A stretch of 56,237 nt of DNA from Hydrurus foetidus (taxonomy: Eukaryota), in the NCBI GenBank assembly GCA_900617105.1, contig UYFQ01000006.1:930001-986237 (forward strand). Direction: 5' to 3'. The notes under the pieces were generated by a model. The model was not told the DNA's origin, made no database searches, and was given only the letters and a program-made list of their open reading frames with translations. The translations under genes and the position numbers were made by a program. Every line of letters starts with the position of its first letter. Within the stretch, counting starts at the first letter, position 1. Shown here one piece after another: positions 18,627-27,604 of this stretch.

Positions 18627-19777
18627 GCGATCCCCTTCAGGTTGAGTTCAGTCAGCGCGATACGCACAATGCGCCCCGCTCCTTTGGACAAGGCGTACAC
18701 AAACCCGCCATGCTCTACCGCAGCCACGATGCCGTGGTGTCGCCCTCCCACACGGCTGTGCAGCGAGAAAACAGGCTGCAACGCGGCATCCAAACGCACC
18801 AGCAAGCCATAAGAACGCGGGGGGGCCCAGGGTTTCAAAATGCCCATTTGCTTCACGCTACCGCCTTGCAGCGGCTCCCGGTAATCACTGCCTGAGCTGT
18901 AGGCGGGGGCAATCCAGTAGCGCGGCTCCACGGTGCGCATCATCTCGGCGCGGTAATCGTCTTCACGCAGCACAAATTCAAGCAACTGGGTACGCCCTGA
19001 AAAGACGCTGAGCCAGTAGCCGCCGCCCGATGCCGCGCTGAGGCGTGCCGGGTAGCCGGGCAGTGCGCTCAGCACCGGGGTGGCGCGGGTGTTGGCGTGC
19101 GACGTTGAGGGCGTGGGCGATGCTGTCGTGGCGATACCCGTTACCCGGTGTGCCCAGCTTTCTGATGCCAGCACACGACCCGGTTGCCCCGGTGCAGGGG
19201 GCTGTTCACTGCACACGCCATGGCAATAGGCCAGCCCAGCTGCCAGCACACGGGTGCTGCTGCGGGACGGCTCATGGGCCAGCACGCGGCCCGTGCGACC
19301 GCCTTCTAGCAGGTCGTGCCGCCATTCGGCATAAGGGCGCTTGAGCGAACCTTGGCTGATGAGCAACTGGCCGCCAGGGGTGACATGCAGCGCATTCACC
19401 CCTTCCAGGGTTTGGCCATCAAATATGTCCAGGTGCTTGCCGTGGGCTGCGCCGCCTTCAAAGTGGATACCCCCCCCACTGGCCACCGCCAAGCCACCAT
19501 CGGCGAACAGGGCCAGAGCTTGGATGGGGGCTGCAAAATGGGCAACTTGTGTCGTGTGTCCGTTGGTATCGAAGCGCAGCACGCCATTGCCGCAAGCCGC
19601 GTGCAGCACGCCCGACGCACTCAGCGCGAGGTCTTCCAGGCCGGGCAGTTCGGCGAAGACGGTGGCTTCTTCGAGCAGGTTGTTGGGTTTCAAGGCCCCA
19701 TCGAAGACGGGCACCGACACGGTGGCATCGCCGTCGCCAAAAAAGCGGTCGCGCACGCGGGCCAGAGCGTTAAACAT
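18623..19777 (-). CDS. Strictosidine synthase-like / SMP-30 beta-propeller protein, degenerate metal site
   Basis: Paralogous to the C-domain of the upstream fusion (N-LLEE, GRTGRV, SESW, LPGYP-L-A-GGYW). ATG 19777 has RBS AGGAG. Confidence 0.7.
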   Translation of the reverse strand: MFNALARVRDRFFGDGDATVSVPVFDGALKPNNLLEEATVFAELPGLEDLALSASGVLHAACGNGVLRFDTNGHTTQVAHFAAPIQALALFADGGLAVASGGGIHFEGGAAHGKHLDIFDGQTLEGVNALHVTPGGQLLISQGSLKRPYAEWRHDLLEGGRTGRVLAHEPSRSSTRVLAAGLAYCHGVCSEQPPAPGQPGRVLASESWAHRVTGIATTASPTPSTSHANTRATPVLSALPGYPARLSAASGGGYWLSVFSGRTQLLEFVLREDDYRAEMMRTVEPRYWIAPAYSSGSDYREPLQGGSVKQMGILKPWAPPRSYGLLVRLDAALQPVFSLHSRVGGRHHGIVAAVEHGGFVYALSKGAGRIVRIALTELNLKGIA

Positions 19778-21908
19778 GGGTGGCTCCTGATGCTGAAGTT
19801 TGTGCCGCCGTTTGGCGGTGCTGCATGTAAGTCGGGTCAGCCCCTTCCAGCTTGTAGCGCCCAATGCGGTTGTTCGAGATGCCCCCCAAGTACAGGTAGC
19901 CCCGGTGCTCACGCATGGAGGTAATCATGGGGTGGTTGACACCGCCCAAATCCCACAGCGATTCCAAAATCTCACCGCGTTCATTGAATTTGACGACGCA
20001 GCCGGTGTTGATGTTGGGTGACAGCCATTCGTCTTGCGGCAGTTGTTTGGACATGCGGGTGCGAAAGCCGGGTTTGCGCATTGCCAAATCGAAGGCGGGG
20101 CTGCGCATCCCCAGCAGGGCAACCCAGTAATTGCCGTCTGAGGCGCGGTTGATGTTGTCGGGGTAGCCCGGCAGGTCAGGGATCACCACCTCGATCTGCC
20201 CGCTTTTGGGGCCATCAAACCAGTAGCGCTTGATGCTGCATTTCCAGCTCTCTGCGAACAAAATGGACTGGCTGTCTGAGCCCAGGCACACGCCGTTCGG
20301 GAAGGTCAGGTTTTTCACCACGGTGCGGGTCTGCTGGGTGCGTGGGTCGTAGCAAATGATGCGGCCATTGCCTCGGCCCTCCAGGCTGTCAATTGGCCAT
20401 TCGTGCATCTCGTAGCGCACCGTGGCTTCCGAGAAAAAGATGCGGCCATCAGGGGCAATGTCCAGGTCATCGGCGAGGCGCAGGCGGCTGTCGTCAATCA
20501 CCGAGAACAGCGAGCGGTTGGTTTCATCCGTCACTTTTTCGACCACCTGTGCTGGCGTGACCCGGTACAGCCCCATGCCGCCTACGCAGACGTACAGGTT
20601 GCCGTGGGCATCGAAAGCCATCCCCAGGGGCTGCCCGCCAATGTGCGCGTAGAGCGACATCTTTTTGTGGTCAGGCGCTTCAAACCGCATGATGTCGCCG
20701 TGGCGGGTGCCGCAGTACAGGTGGTCGTCCGCGTCCAAAATCACGTCTTCAGGCGACTCCACCTCGCCCAGCCCAATCAAAGTCACGTCGCGCAGTTTGT
20801 CGTTCACGGCGTAAGCGTTGCCCGAATCCACCGCGCTGGACGGTGCTGCGGGAAGGTCGAGGTAAGTGGGGCTGACGTAAACCTCTTGAATCAGCTTGTC
20901 GCGGTTTTTGAACCAGCGGATGTCAATGATGGCGGCCAGCAACAAAATGGTGCCCAGCACCACCCGCGCCGGGCCGCCAGGCACGGCCATGCGCAGCAGG
21001 CCATTGGTGATCAGCAGCACGATCAACAGCCCCAGCACCGCTTTGGTCACAGAGCCTTTGCCTCCACCCAAGCGAATGCCACCCAGCACGGCAGCCGTCA
21101 AAATCATCACCTCCATGCCCCGGCCTGTATCGGCCCCTGCGCTGGCCAGTCGGGCGGCGTAAAACACGCTGCCACAGGCCGCCAACACGCCGGACGCCAC
21201 ATAGGTGAGCGCAATCACCCGCTTGACGGCCAAACCTGCGTTGTAGGCTGAGCGGCGGCTGCCGCCAATGGCGCTGATATGCCAGCCCGCACGCATCCGC
21301 GTCAGAAAAATATGCCCCAGCACCGCGACCACGGCAAACACCCAACCGGCCAGTGGGATGGATAAAAAATCGCCAGTCCCGATCGCGTCCCAGGCCACAG
21401 ATTCAGGCACATAGGACGAAATGTCCACGGCGTAGCTCAAGATCAGCATGTCAAAGGCTGAGCGGTAAATGATGAGGGTGATGAGCGTCGTCAAGAACGC
21501 CCGCAACCGAAAGTAGCCAATCAGCACGCCGTTGATACCGCCCAGCACCGCCCCACACACCAGTGTGACAACGATGGCCACCGGCACCGGCAGCTTCAAG
21601 ATGTGGATGCAGTACAGCGCGCAAAAATTGCACAGGGCAAACATGGCACCTACCGACAGGTCAATGCCGCCGGCAATCAGCACCAAGGTCATGCCAAACA
21701 CCACAAACCCTAATTCGCCCGCTTGGCGAATGGTGTCGGTGAGAGTGGATGCGGACAAAAAGTGGTCGATGCGGGTGCTGAAGAACGCCAGCGTCAGCAG
21801 CAAAAACAACACCGGCACAGCCGTTTCTGTCCAACGCTTGGAGAGCAACTCGCCGATAACGTGGTCAGGCCACAGGCGGTAGCGCAGTTTGAGGAGTGTT
21901 TCACGCAT
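19770..21908 (-). CDS. RbsC-type ABC permease fused to a C-terminal strictosidine synthase-like (SMP-30/gluconolactonase) beta-propeller
   Basis: N-terminal multi-TM region with GGIDLSVG, AIGG and AAVLGG-L-GGKG. C-terminal ESPEDV, GQPLG, LADDLD, FPNGV and LPGYPDNI. Single uninterrupted frame. Confidence 0.85.
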   Translation of the reverse strand: MRETLLKLRYRLWPDHVIGELLSKRWTETAVPVLFLLLTLAFFSTRIDHFLSASTLTDTIRQAGELGFVVFGMTLVLIAGGIDLSVGAMFALCNFCALYCIHILKLPVPVAIVVTLVCGAVLGGINGVLIGYFRLRAFLTTLITLIIYRSAFDMLILSYAVDISSYVPESVAWDAIGTGDFLSIPLAGWVFAVVAVLGHIFLTRMRAGWHISAIGGSRRSAYNAGLAVKRVIALTYVASGVLAACGSVFYAARLASAGADTGRGMEVMILTAAVLGGIRLGGGKGSVTKAVLGLLIVLLITNGLLRMAVPGGPARVVLGTILLLAAIIDIRWFKNRDKLIQEVYVSPTYLDLPAAPSSAVDSGNAYAVNDKLRDVTLIGLGEVESPEDVILDADDHLYCGTRHGDIMRFEAPDHKKMSLYAHIGGQPLGMAFDAHGNLYVCVGGMGLYRVTPAQVVEKVTDETNRSLFSVIDDSRLRLADDLDIAPDGRIFFSEATVRYEMHEWPIDSLEGRGNGRIICYDPRTQQTRTVVKNLTFPNGVCLGSDSQSILFAESWKCSIKRYWFDGPKSGQIEVVIPDLPGYPDNINRASDGNYWVALLGMRSPAFDLAMRKPGFRTRMSKQLPQDEWLSPNINTGCVVKFNERGEILESLWDLGGVNHPMITSMREHRGYLYLGGISNNRIGRYKLEGADPTYMQHRQTAAQTSASGATHV

Positions 21909-21962
21909 GGAGATTAAGCAGGGAATAGGTGGCGAGCGAAATAGGCAGCCGCTGGGCTTTTC

Positions 21963-21985
21963 CCCCTCCCCCGCTGGGGGAGGGG
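21963..21985. repeat. GC-rich perfect palindrome (REP-like or mRNA-stabilising hairpin)
   Basis: CCCCTCCCCC-GCT-GGGGGAGGGG, located between the SBP and fusion permease genes. Confidence 0.6.
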
Positions 21986-22015
21986 TCATGCCAGCTCACG
22001 GGGTAATGGCAGTTC

Positions 22016-23068
22016 TTACTTCAGGTTTTCCATGCGCCAGCAAAACTCATCAGGGTTCGAGCGTGCTTTGGTCAAAGGAATCAGCGGTGTGTAGTACGCG
22101 GCGCGCATGGTGCCGGGTTTGGCGTTGGAGCTCAAAAACATCTTGATCATGTTGTTCAAGTCCCGGCCTTGCCCTGGCACGTCGTAGCTGACGTTGAGGT
22201 CAAACTTGCCGTCACGCACGCCTTCGCAGGCACTGCGTGCGCCACCACCGGAGGTCACCAGCGCCACCTTGCCGGTTTTGCCCGCTTCTTTGATGGCCGC
22301 TGCGGTGCCCACATCCATGTTGTCCCAAAAACCGATGATGCCGCACAGGTCAGGGTGCTGTTGCAGCACCACTTGGGTCACGTTCTTGGCTTTGGAGGCA
22401 TCCCAGTCAGCGGCTTGCACCGACACCAGTTTGATTTTGGGGTAGTTGGTCAGCATGTTTTCCACGCCCTTGAGCGTGTAGGCGCTGGCCGCTGCGGTAG
22501 GCGGGCCTTGCACCACCGCCACTTTGCCCGAGCCCGCGCTGCAATGCTCGCCCATCCATTTGGCTTGCATTTCACCGATACCCACCCAGTCAGCACCTGC
22601 AAACCCATCAGTCACGATGTTGGACTTCATGTTGACTTGAATCACGTGGATGCCTGCTGCCTCGGCGCGTTGCATCAGCTTAGCGTAGGACTGCACATCC
22701 GGGTTTTGCACCAGGATGACGTCGGGTTTTTCAGAAATCAATGAGGTGATGGTCTGGGCTCCAGCGGCGGTGTCCCAGTTGGAATTGCGCACCTCAAACT
22801 TGTAGCCATTGGCATCGGCTTCCTTTTTCATGGCTGCAGCCCAGCCTTCGGTCAAATCCAGGCCCATGAAGATCGGAACGAACACCACGCGCTTACCTTT
22901 TAGCGCGTTGAAATAGCCTTCACGTGCGGGGTCAACCATGCCTGCTGCTTGCGCTTGGAAGGCTGTTCCTAAGCACAAAGCTGCGCCCAACAAGGCCGTC
23001 AATCGGCGTAATTTTGGTTTTTTGACGGGTTGCAGGGAAGCTTGAAGGGTGTGTTGAAGGGTATGCAT
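22016..23068 (-). CDS. Sugar ABC transporter substrate-binding protein (RbsB-like)
   Basis: Signal peptide ending AQA, KPDV, ADWDASKA and HPDLCGI motifs; RBS AGGAG before ATG 23068. Confidence 0.88.
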   Translation of the reverse strand: MHTLQHTLQASLQPVKKPKLRRLTALLGAALCLGTAFQAQAAGMVDPAREGYFNALKGKRVVFVPIFMGLDLTEGWAAAMKKEADANGYKFEVRNSNWDTAAGAQTITSLISEKPDVILVQNPDVQSYAKLMQRAEAAGIHVIQVNMKSNIVTDGFAGADWVGIGEMQAKWMGEHCSAGSGKVAVVQGPPTAAASAYTLKGVENMLTNYPKIKLVSVQAADWDASKAKNVTQVVLQQHPDLCGIIGFWDNMDVGTAAAIKEAGKTGKVALVTSGGGARSACEGVRDGKFDLNVSYDVPGQGRDLNNMIKMFLSSNAKPGTMRAAYYTPLIPLTKARSNPDEFCWRMENLK

Positions 23069-23123
23069 GACTGTCTCCTGTTGTGGTTGAAAAATCGACG
23101 ACCTCAGACCGCGTTGTTTCACG

Positions 23124-24095
23124 TTAAATATCGCCTTGTTGGGCGGTTTCTTCGTTGCGGGGATTGATAACGGAATCGAGCAAGACGGCGACCAGCAAAA
23201 TCAGCCCCTTGATCAAATCCTGCATGGTGTAGCTCATGTTCAGAATGGTCATGCCGTTAATCATGGTGCCGATCAACAGCGTGCCCACGATCACATTGAG
23301 CACGCCACCGCGCCCGCCTGAGAGGCCAATGCCACCCAGCACCACCACCAAAATCACGTCGTAAATCATGGTGGAATTGAAAATGCGCGTGTTCATGCTG
23401 TTCACCGACGACGCCATCACCAACCCGGCGAACGCAGCGATCATGGCGGCGAGCACGTACTGCAAAACCACCATAGGCCGGGTCGAAATACCGCTGGTGC
23501 GGGCGGCAAAGGGGTTGTCGCCAATGGCGTAAATAAAGCTGCCAATGCGGGTTTTGCGCATGAAGAGGCTGACCAACACCGCACTCACAGCGAACGTCAC
23601 CACGGTGTACGGAATGCCCAGCAAGTTGCCGTGCCCCAGCAAATCCAACCCGGTGAAGGTGGGGGGCATCTCGACAATCTCAAAATCAAACATGCCGCTT
23701 TGACCCACCCCCGCTAACACGATGCCCATCGCCAGGGTGGTGAACAGCGAAGGCACTTCGGCATAGGCCACCAGCAAGCCACTGACCAGGCCAAACACAA
23801 TGGCCAGCCCAAAGCCCGCTGCCAGCGAGTACTCGAGGTTGTGCCCACGTTGCAGCATTTGCAGCACCAAACCACTGGGCACCGCCAGCATGGCCACCAT
23901 TGATAAATCAACGCCACGCCCAATCACCACGATGGACATGCCCAAGCCCAAAATGCCCAACACCGAGACGTTGCGCACCAGCGTCAGGATGTTGCCCGTC
24001 GAGAAAAACCCCGGCAAGAAAAGTGCGAACCCTGCGAACAAGGCGATGAAGATGCCAAAGACGATGAACTGTTGATCGAGTCGCAAACCACGCAC
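23124..24095 (-). CDS. Sugar ABC transporter permease (RbsC-like)
   Basis: GRGVDLS, IYAIGDN and VVLGGIGLSGGRG motifs; multi-TM; GTG start. Confidence 0.9.
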   Translation of the reverse strand: MRGLRLDQQFIVFGIFIALFAGFALFLPGFFSTGNILTLVRNVSVLGILGLGMSIVVIGRGVDLSMVAMLAVPSGLVLQMLQRGHNLEYSLAAGFGLAIVFGLVSGLLVAYAEVPSLFTTLAMGIVLAGVGQSGMFDFEIVEMPPTFTGLDLLGHGNLLGIPYTVVTFAVSAVLVSLFMRKTRIGSFIYAIGDNPFAARTSGISTRPMVVLQYVLAAMIAAFAGLVMASSVNSMNTRIFNSTMIYDVILVVVLGGIGLSGGRGGVLNVIVGTLLIGTMINGMTILNMSYTMQDLIKGLILLVAVLLDSVINPRNEETAQQGDI

Positions 24096-24120
24096 GGCAA
24101 AATCCTTTTTTGCAAGGGGC

Positions 24121-24167
24121 TTATCAGCACCAGGGGCACATCAAGTGTTGATGGGCTGTGCTGATAA
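24121..24167. promoter_or_regulatory. Nested inverted repeat upstream of the ABC operon
   Basis: TTATCAGCAC (24121-24130) / GTGCTGATAA (24158-24167), enclosing CATCAA-GTG-TTGATG. Confidence 0.45.
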
Positions 24168-24210
24168 ATTCAGTGAGGCGGATTTTGTCGGCTGGCGCTT
24201 CAAACGCCTA

Positions 24211-24225
24211 TTCGCCATTGGCAAA
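24211..24225. promoter_or_regulatory. Putative LysR-type binding box
   Basis: Imperfect palindrome TTCGCCATTGGCAAA containing T-N11-A, between the LysR gene and the ABC operon. Confidence 0.4.
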
Positions 24226-24294
24226 GCAGGTCTTCTGAATTGCTGAATTCAGGTAAACCCTGTGCTGTCGGCGGTGGCCAAAACGACAGGAAAA

Positions 24295-25215
24295 CTACAG
24301 AGTTTGCAGCCCGTGGGCGTGTGCATCTGCCACCAGCATGTCCACCAAATCACGCACAAAACTGGGCAGTGCCGCGAGGCTGCGGATGCAAATCAACTGG
24401 CTGTGCAGCGCAAACAACGTGTCTGTCAGCCCCACTATCGAGATCGCCATCGAGCGTGCATGGCGGTGGGCCGTGGGGCTCGACATGATGGAAATACCCA
24501 TGCCCGCTTCCACCATGCGGCAAGCCGTCTCGAAATTACCCACCCGAATGTGAAACTTCACGTAGCGGTCTAGGCCGTTGCAGGCTTGGTGAAAGTAGTA
24601 GTTGAAGGGGCTCGATTCCGACATGCCGATGTGATTGAAGTCCAGCGTTTGTTTGAAATCCACCGCCTCGGCGCTGGCCAGCGGATGGCCGTTGGGCACC
24701 ACCAGCACCAGCCGGTTTTGCCGGTAGGGGATCACTTCCAAATTTTCAGTGCGCACAATGCCCGCGATGATGCCGATGTCGATGTGGCCCTCAGAGACGG
24801 CGCGCACCGTTTCATCACTGGCCTTTTCGCGCAGGTCGATGTTCACGTCGGGGTGGCGGTGCATGTAAGCGCTCAGCACCGGCGGCAAAAACTCCCCCAT
24901 TGCCGTGGTGTTGGAAAACATCCGCAAATGCCCTTTGATGCCCTTGGCGTACTCGTGCATATCGTCTTGCAGGTGTTCCAGCTGCCCAAGCATCAAGCGT
25001 GCATGGTGAACCAGCGCTTGACCCGGTGGTGTCAAGGTCACGCCTTGGCTGGTACGGTACAGCAGCTTGGCCCCCACGCTGTCCTCTAAGTTTTTCACCC
25101 GTGTACTCGCAGCAGGCAGCGAAATATGGGCGGCCTTAGCGCCTTTGGTCAGGCTGTTGGCTTCTGCAATATGCACCATCAGGCGCAAATCAACCAAATC
25201 GAAATGCGTAGACAT
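24295..25215 (-). CDS. LysR family transcriptional regulator
   Basis: FDLVDLRL...SLTKGA...SLPAASTRVKNLE HTH, LTPPG and LTTR substrate-binding domain. Confidence 0.92.
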   Translation of the reverse strand: MSTHFDLVDLRLMVHIAEANSLTKGAKAAHISLPAASTRVKNLEDSVGAKLLYRTSQGVTLTPPGQALVHHARLMLGQLEHLQDDMHEYAKGIKGHLRMFSNTTAMGEFLPPVLSAYMHRHPDVNIDLREKASDETVRAVSEGHIDIGIIAGIVRTENLEVIPYRQNRLVLVVPNGHPLASAEAVDFKQTLDFNHIGMSESSPFNYYFHQACNGLDRYVKFHIRVGNFETACRMVEAGMGISIMSSPTAHRHARSMAISIVGLTDTLFALHSQLICIRSLAALPSFVRDLVDMLVADAHAHGLQTL

Positions 25216-25310
25216 GGTGGTGAAATCCGGGGCTTGGCAAACTGTGAACAAGTTGGCAAAGTGCCGCTGGATTATGCACAGGCAGGGTCAACGAGCGCTG
25301 TCTCCATGGT

Positions 25311-25799
25311 TCATTTCCTGTTGGTCAATACCTTCAACCGCCCTAGCGCATGTGCTACCGTTGCTTCCCGTACCGCAGCCCGGTCCCCCACAAACACCAA
25401 GCATTCGCTGCTGCACAGCCCGTTCACCACAAAGCCAAACCACACCGTGCCCACCGGCTTAAGCGCGCTGCCGCCGCCCGGCCCGGCCACACCCGTCACG
25501 GCCACGGCCACTTGGGCTCGTGAATGGGCGATGGCACCCACGGCCATGGCACGCACCACGGCTTCGCTGACGGCACCGTGCTCGGCGATGAGTGCAGCGG
25601 GGACACCCAGCATCTCGGTTTTGGCCTCGTTCGAGTAGGTCACAAAGCCGCGCTCGAACCACTGGCTGCTGCCCGCAACGTCGGTGCAGGCAGCGGCGAT
25701 CAGGCCGCCGGTGCAGCTTTCTGCTGTGGTCAGCATGCGCCCGGATTGCTGAAGTAAATCAGCCAATTGCGCAATATTGGTTGATGTAGTGTGCTTCAT
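25311..25799 (-). CDS. cinA: CinA C-terminal domain protein (NMN deamidase PncC-like)
   Basis: AESCTGG, GSS-WF-RG-VTYSNEAK, GAVS and TGVAGPGGG motifs; adjacent to pgpA. Confidence 0.9.
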   Translation of the reverse strand: MKHTTSTNIAQLADLLQQSGRMLTTAESCTGGLIAAACTDVAGSSQWFERGFVTYSNEAKTEMLGVPAALIAEHGAVSEAVVRAMAVGAIAHSRAQVAVAVTGVAGPGGGSALKPVGTVWFGFVVNGLCSSECLVFVGDRAAVREATVAHALGRLKVLTNRK

Positions 25800-25809
25800 T
25801 ATTTATAGC
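25756..25809. repeat. Dispersed element copy overlapping the cinA start
   Basis: AAATCAGCC...GCGC tail, then core GCTTCATTATTTATAGC (25793-25809). AAATC-to-core spacing equals that of the 16236 copy. The cinA ATG lies inside the core. Confidence 0.55.
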
Positions 25810-25894
25810 AATTAATTTGTCAAACGGCGGTGATTACGCAGAGGCTAAGTGGAGATTCAGCGGAGGTTTGGCAGCGGTCGGGCTGTGGCGGTGC

Positions 25895-26515
25895 TCACCA
25901 CCAGCGCCACAGTGCGATCACTAGCAGCGTGCAGAACGCGGCCACCACGTCATCGAGCATGATGCCCAAGCCGCCACGCCAGCCAAAGCCTTTGAACTGC
26001 TTGTCGGCCCAGGCCACGGGGCCGGGTTTGGCGGCGTCAAAGTAGCGGAACAGCGCAAAAGCCAGCACCTGTCCCCAAAACCCTGTCGGCATCACCAGCC
26101 ACAGAATCAACCAGATGGCGACGATTTCGTCCCACACGATGCTGCCAGGGTCCATCACCCCCATGTGCTGCGCCGTGACGGTGCAGGCCCACCAACCGAC
26201 CAGCAGCGAAGCGGCAATCAGCACGCCCATTTGCAGCGGGTTCAGCCAGTTTTGCAGCACCAGATAGGCCAGCCAGCCCCACAGCGTGCCCGATGTGCCG
26301 GGGGCGAAGGGCGCGAGGCCGGAGCCAAAGCCCAGTGCGATCCAGTGCGCGGGGTGCTGGCGCATGAACTTGGCAGTGGGGCGCTGGGGCAGCAGCGGTG
26401 CTTCGGGGGCTGTGCCGTTGCTGGTGTTTTGGGCGACGTACACGCCGTCCACGGGGGTCAGCTCAATCACGTCAGGGCGTGCGGTGTCGGGGCGAAAGGG
26501 GTGCGGGGCGTTCAT
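25895..26515 (-). CDS. pgpA: Phosphatidylglycerophosphatase A
   Basis: GFGSGL-P-APGT, DPGSIVWDEI, LFRYFDAAKP and GIMLDD motifs. True start uncertain. Confidence 0.92.
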   Translation of the reverse strand: MNAPHPFRPDTARPDVIELTPVDGVYVAQNTSNGTAPEAPLLPQRPTAKFMRQHPAHWIALGFGSGLAPFAPGTSGTLWGWLAYLVLQNWLNPLQMGVLIAASLLVGWWACTVTAQHMGVMDPGSIVWDEIVAIWLILWLVMPTGFWGQVLAFALFRYFDAAKPGPVAWADKQFKGFGWRGGLGIMLDDVVAAFCTLLVIALWRWW

Positions 26516-26550
26516 GGGGTGGGATTGTCTGCTACGGGCGGATAGATGCC

Positions 26551-27474
26551 TTATTCGCCGCTGCGCTCAGCAAACCACGCCACCCAGTAATCCACACAGG
26601 CCCGCACTTTGGGCAGGCGGTGGCGCTCGGCCAGCATCACGGCGCTAACGGGCATGTGCTCTGGCCCATGCCATGTGGGCAGCACGCGCACCAAGCGGCC
26701 TTGGGCCACCAGTGGCTCGCCCACCATCGACACCATGCGGGCAATGCCCAGACCGGCCAAGGCCATAGCCGCCTGAGTGGCCGAGTTGTCCGCCATCAGT
26801 TGCCCTTGGGCGGTGATGCAGTGCGAGACCCCCTCGCAGACCAGCGGCCAGCGGTTCAGCGTGGGGTGGGCGCTGTGGGTGATGAGCTGGTGGTGTTGCG
26901 CCAGTGCCTGCACGCTGTCGGGCAGGCCGTACCGCGTCACGTAATCGGGGCTGGCGTAGAGGCGGCGGCTGAGTTGGCCCAAGCGGCGCATCACCCACAG
27001 GTCGCTGGTGGGCTCGCCGGTGCGGATGGCGATGTCGATGCCCTCACGGGCCATGTCCACCACGCGGTCTTCCACCCGCAGGTCTATGCGCAGGGCGGGG
27101 TGTTGCGCCAGCAGTGCTTGCAGGCTGGGCACCATCAGGTGTTCCGCCACCATCGCACTCATGGCGACGCGCACCAAGCCAGAGACCGCCTGCGTTTGGC
27201 CGTGAAGCTCGGCATCCAGCGCGTCCAATTCCCCGGTGATGCGCTCAGCGCTCTCATGGAAGCGCTCGCCCTCGGGTGTCAGTGACAGGCCGTGCGTGCT
27301 GCGGTGCACCAGCCGCACGCCATAGGCGGCCTCGATGCGCTGGAGCAGGCGCGATATTTGGCTGACGGGCGCGTTGCGTTCACGGGCCACGGCGGACAGG
27401 CTGCCGAGCTGCGCGATGCGGCAAAACAGGTGCAAATCGTCCAGAGCGAGGGGGTTAGGGGTGCTGGGTGCCAT
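26551..27474 (-). CDS. LysR family regulator (CrgA-like)
   Basis: GSLSAVAR...RSTHGLSLTPEG, EGIDIAIR and LYASPDY motifs. Confidence 0.92.
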   Translation of the reverse strand: MAPSTPNPLALDDLHLFCRIAQLGSLSAVARERNAPVSQISRLLQRIEAAYGVRLVHRSTHGLSLTPEGERFHESAERITGELDALDAELHGQTQAVSGLVRVAMSAMVAEHLMVPSLQALLAQHPALRIDLRVEDRVVDMAREGIDIAIRTGEPTSDLWVMRRLGQLSRRLYASPDYVTRYGLPDSVQALAQHHQLITHSAHPTLNRWPLVCEGVSHCITAQGQLMADNSATQAAMALAGLGIARMVSMVGEPLVAQGRLVRVLPTWHGPEHMPVSAVMLAERHRLPKVRACVDYWVAWFAERSGE

Positions 27475-27506
27475 GCGCTATGTTCGCCGATTTGGCGTGT
27501 GAGGTC

Positions 27507-27533
27507 TTGCAGCGGGCGCAAAAGCATTTTGCG
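27507..27533. promoter_or_regulatory. LTTR recognition box in divergent promoter
   Basis: TTGC-N7-GCAA (T-N11-A) at 27507-27521, overlapping the perfect repeat CGCAAAA-GCA-TTTTGCG (27517-27533). Confidence 0.55.
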
Positions 27534-27604
27534 AAGGGGGCTGTTTCCGAAACAAGGTAGATTTTTTACAGTCATGCCATCCCTTTCAACCTTCAGGAGC
27601 GACC

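Noticed and set aside
23042..23062. Short tandem repeat TTGAAGGGT x2 (HTLQHTLQ) at the SBP N-terminus
   Set aside because: Only two units in a signal-peptide n-region; likely trivial slippage.
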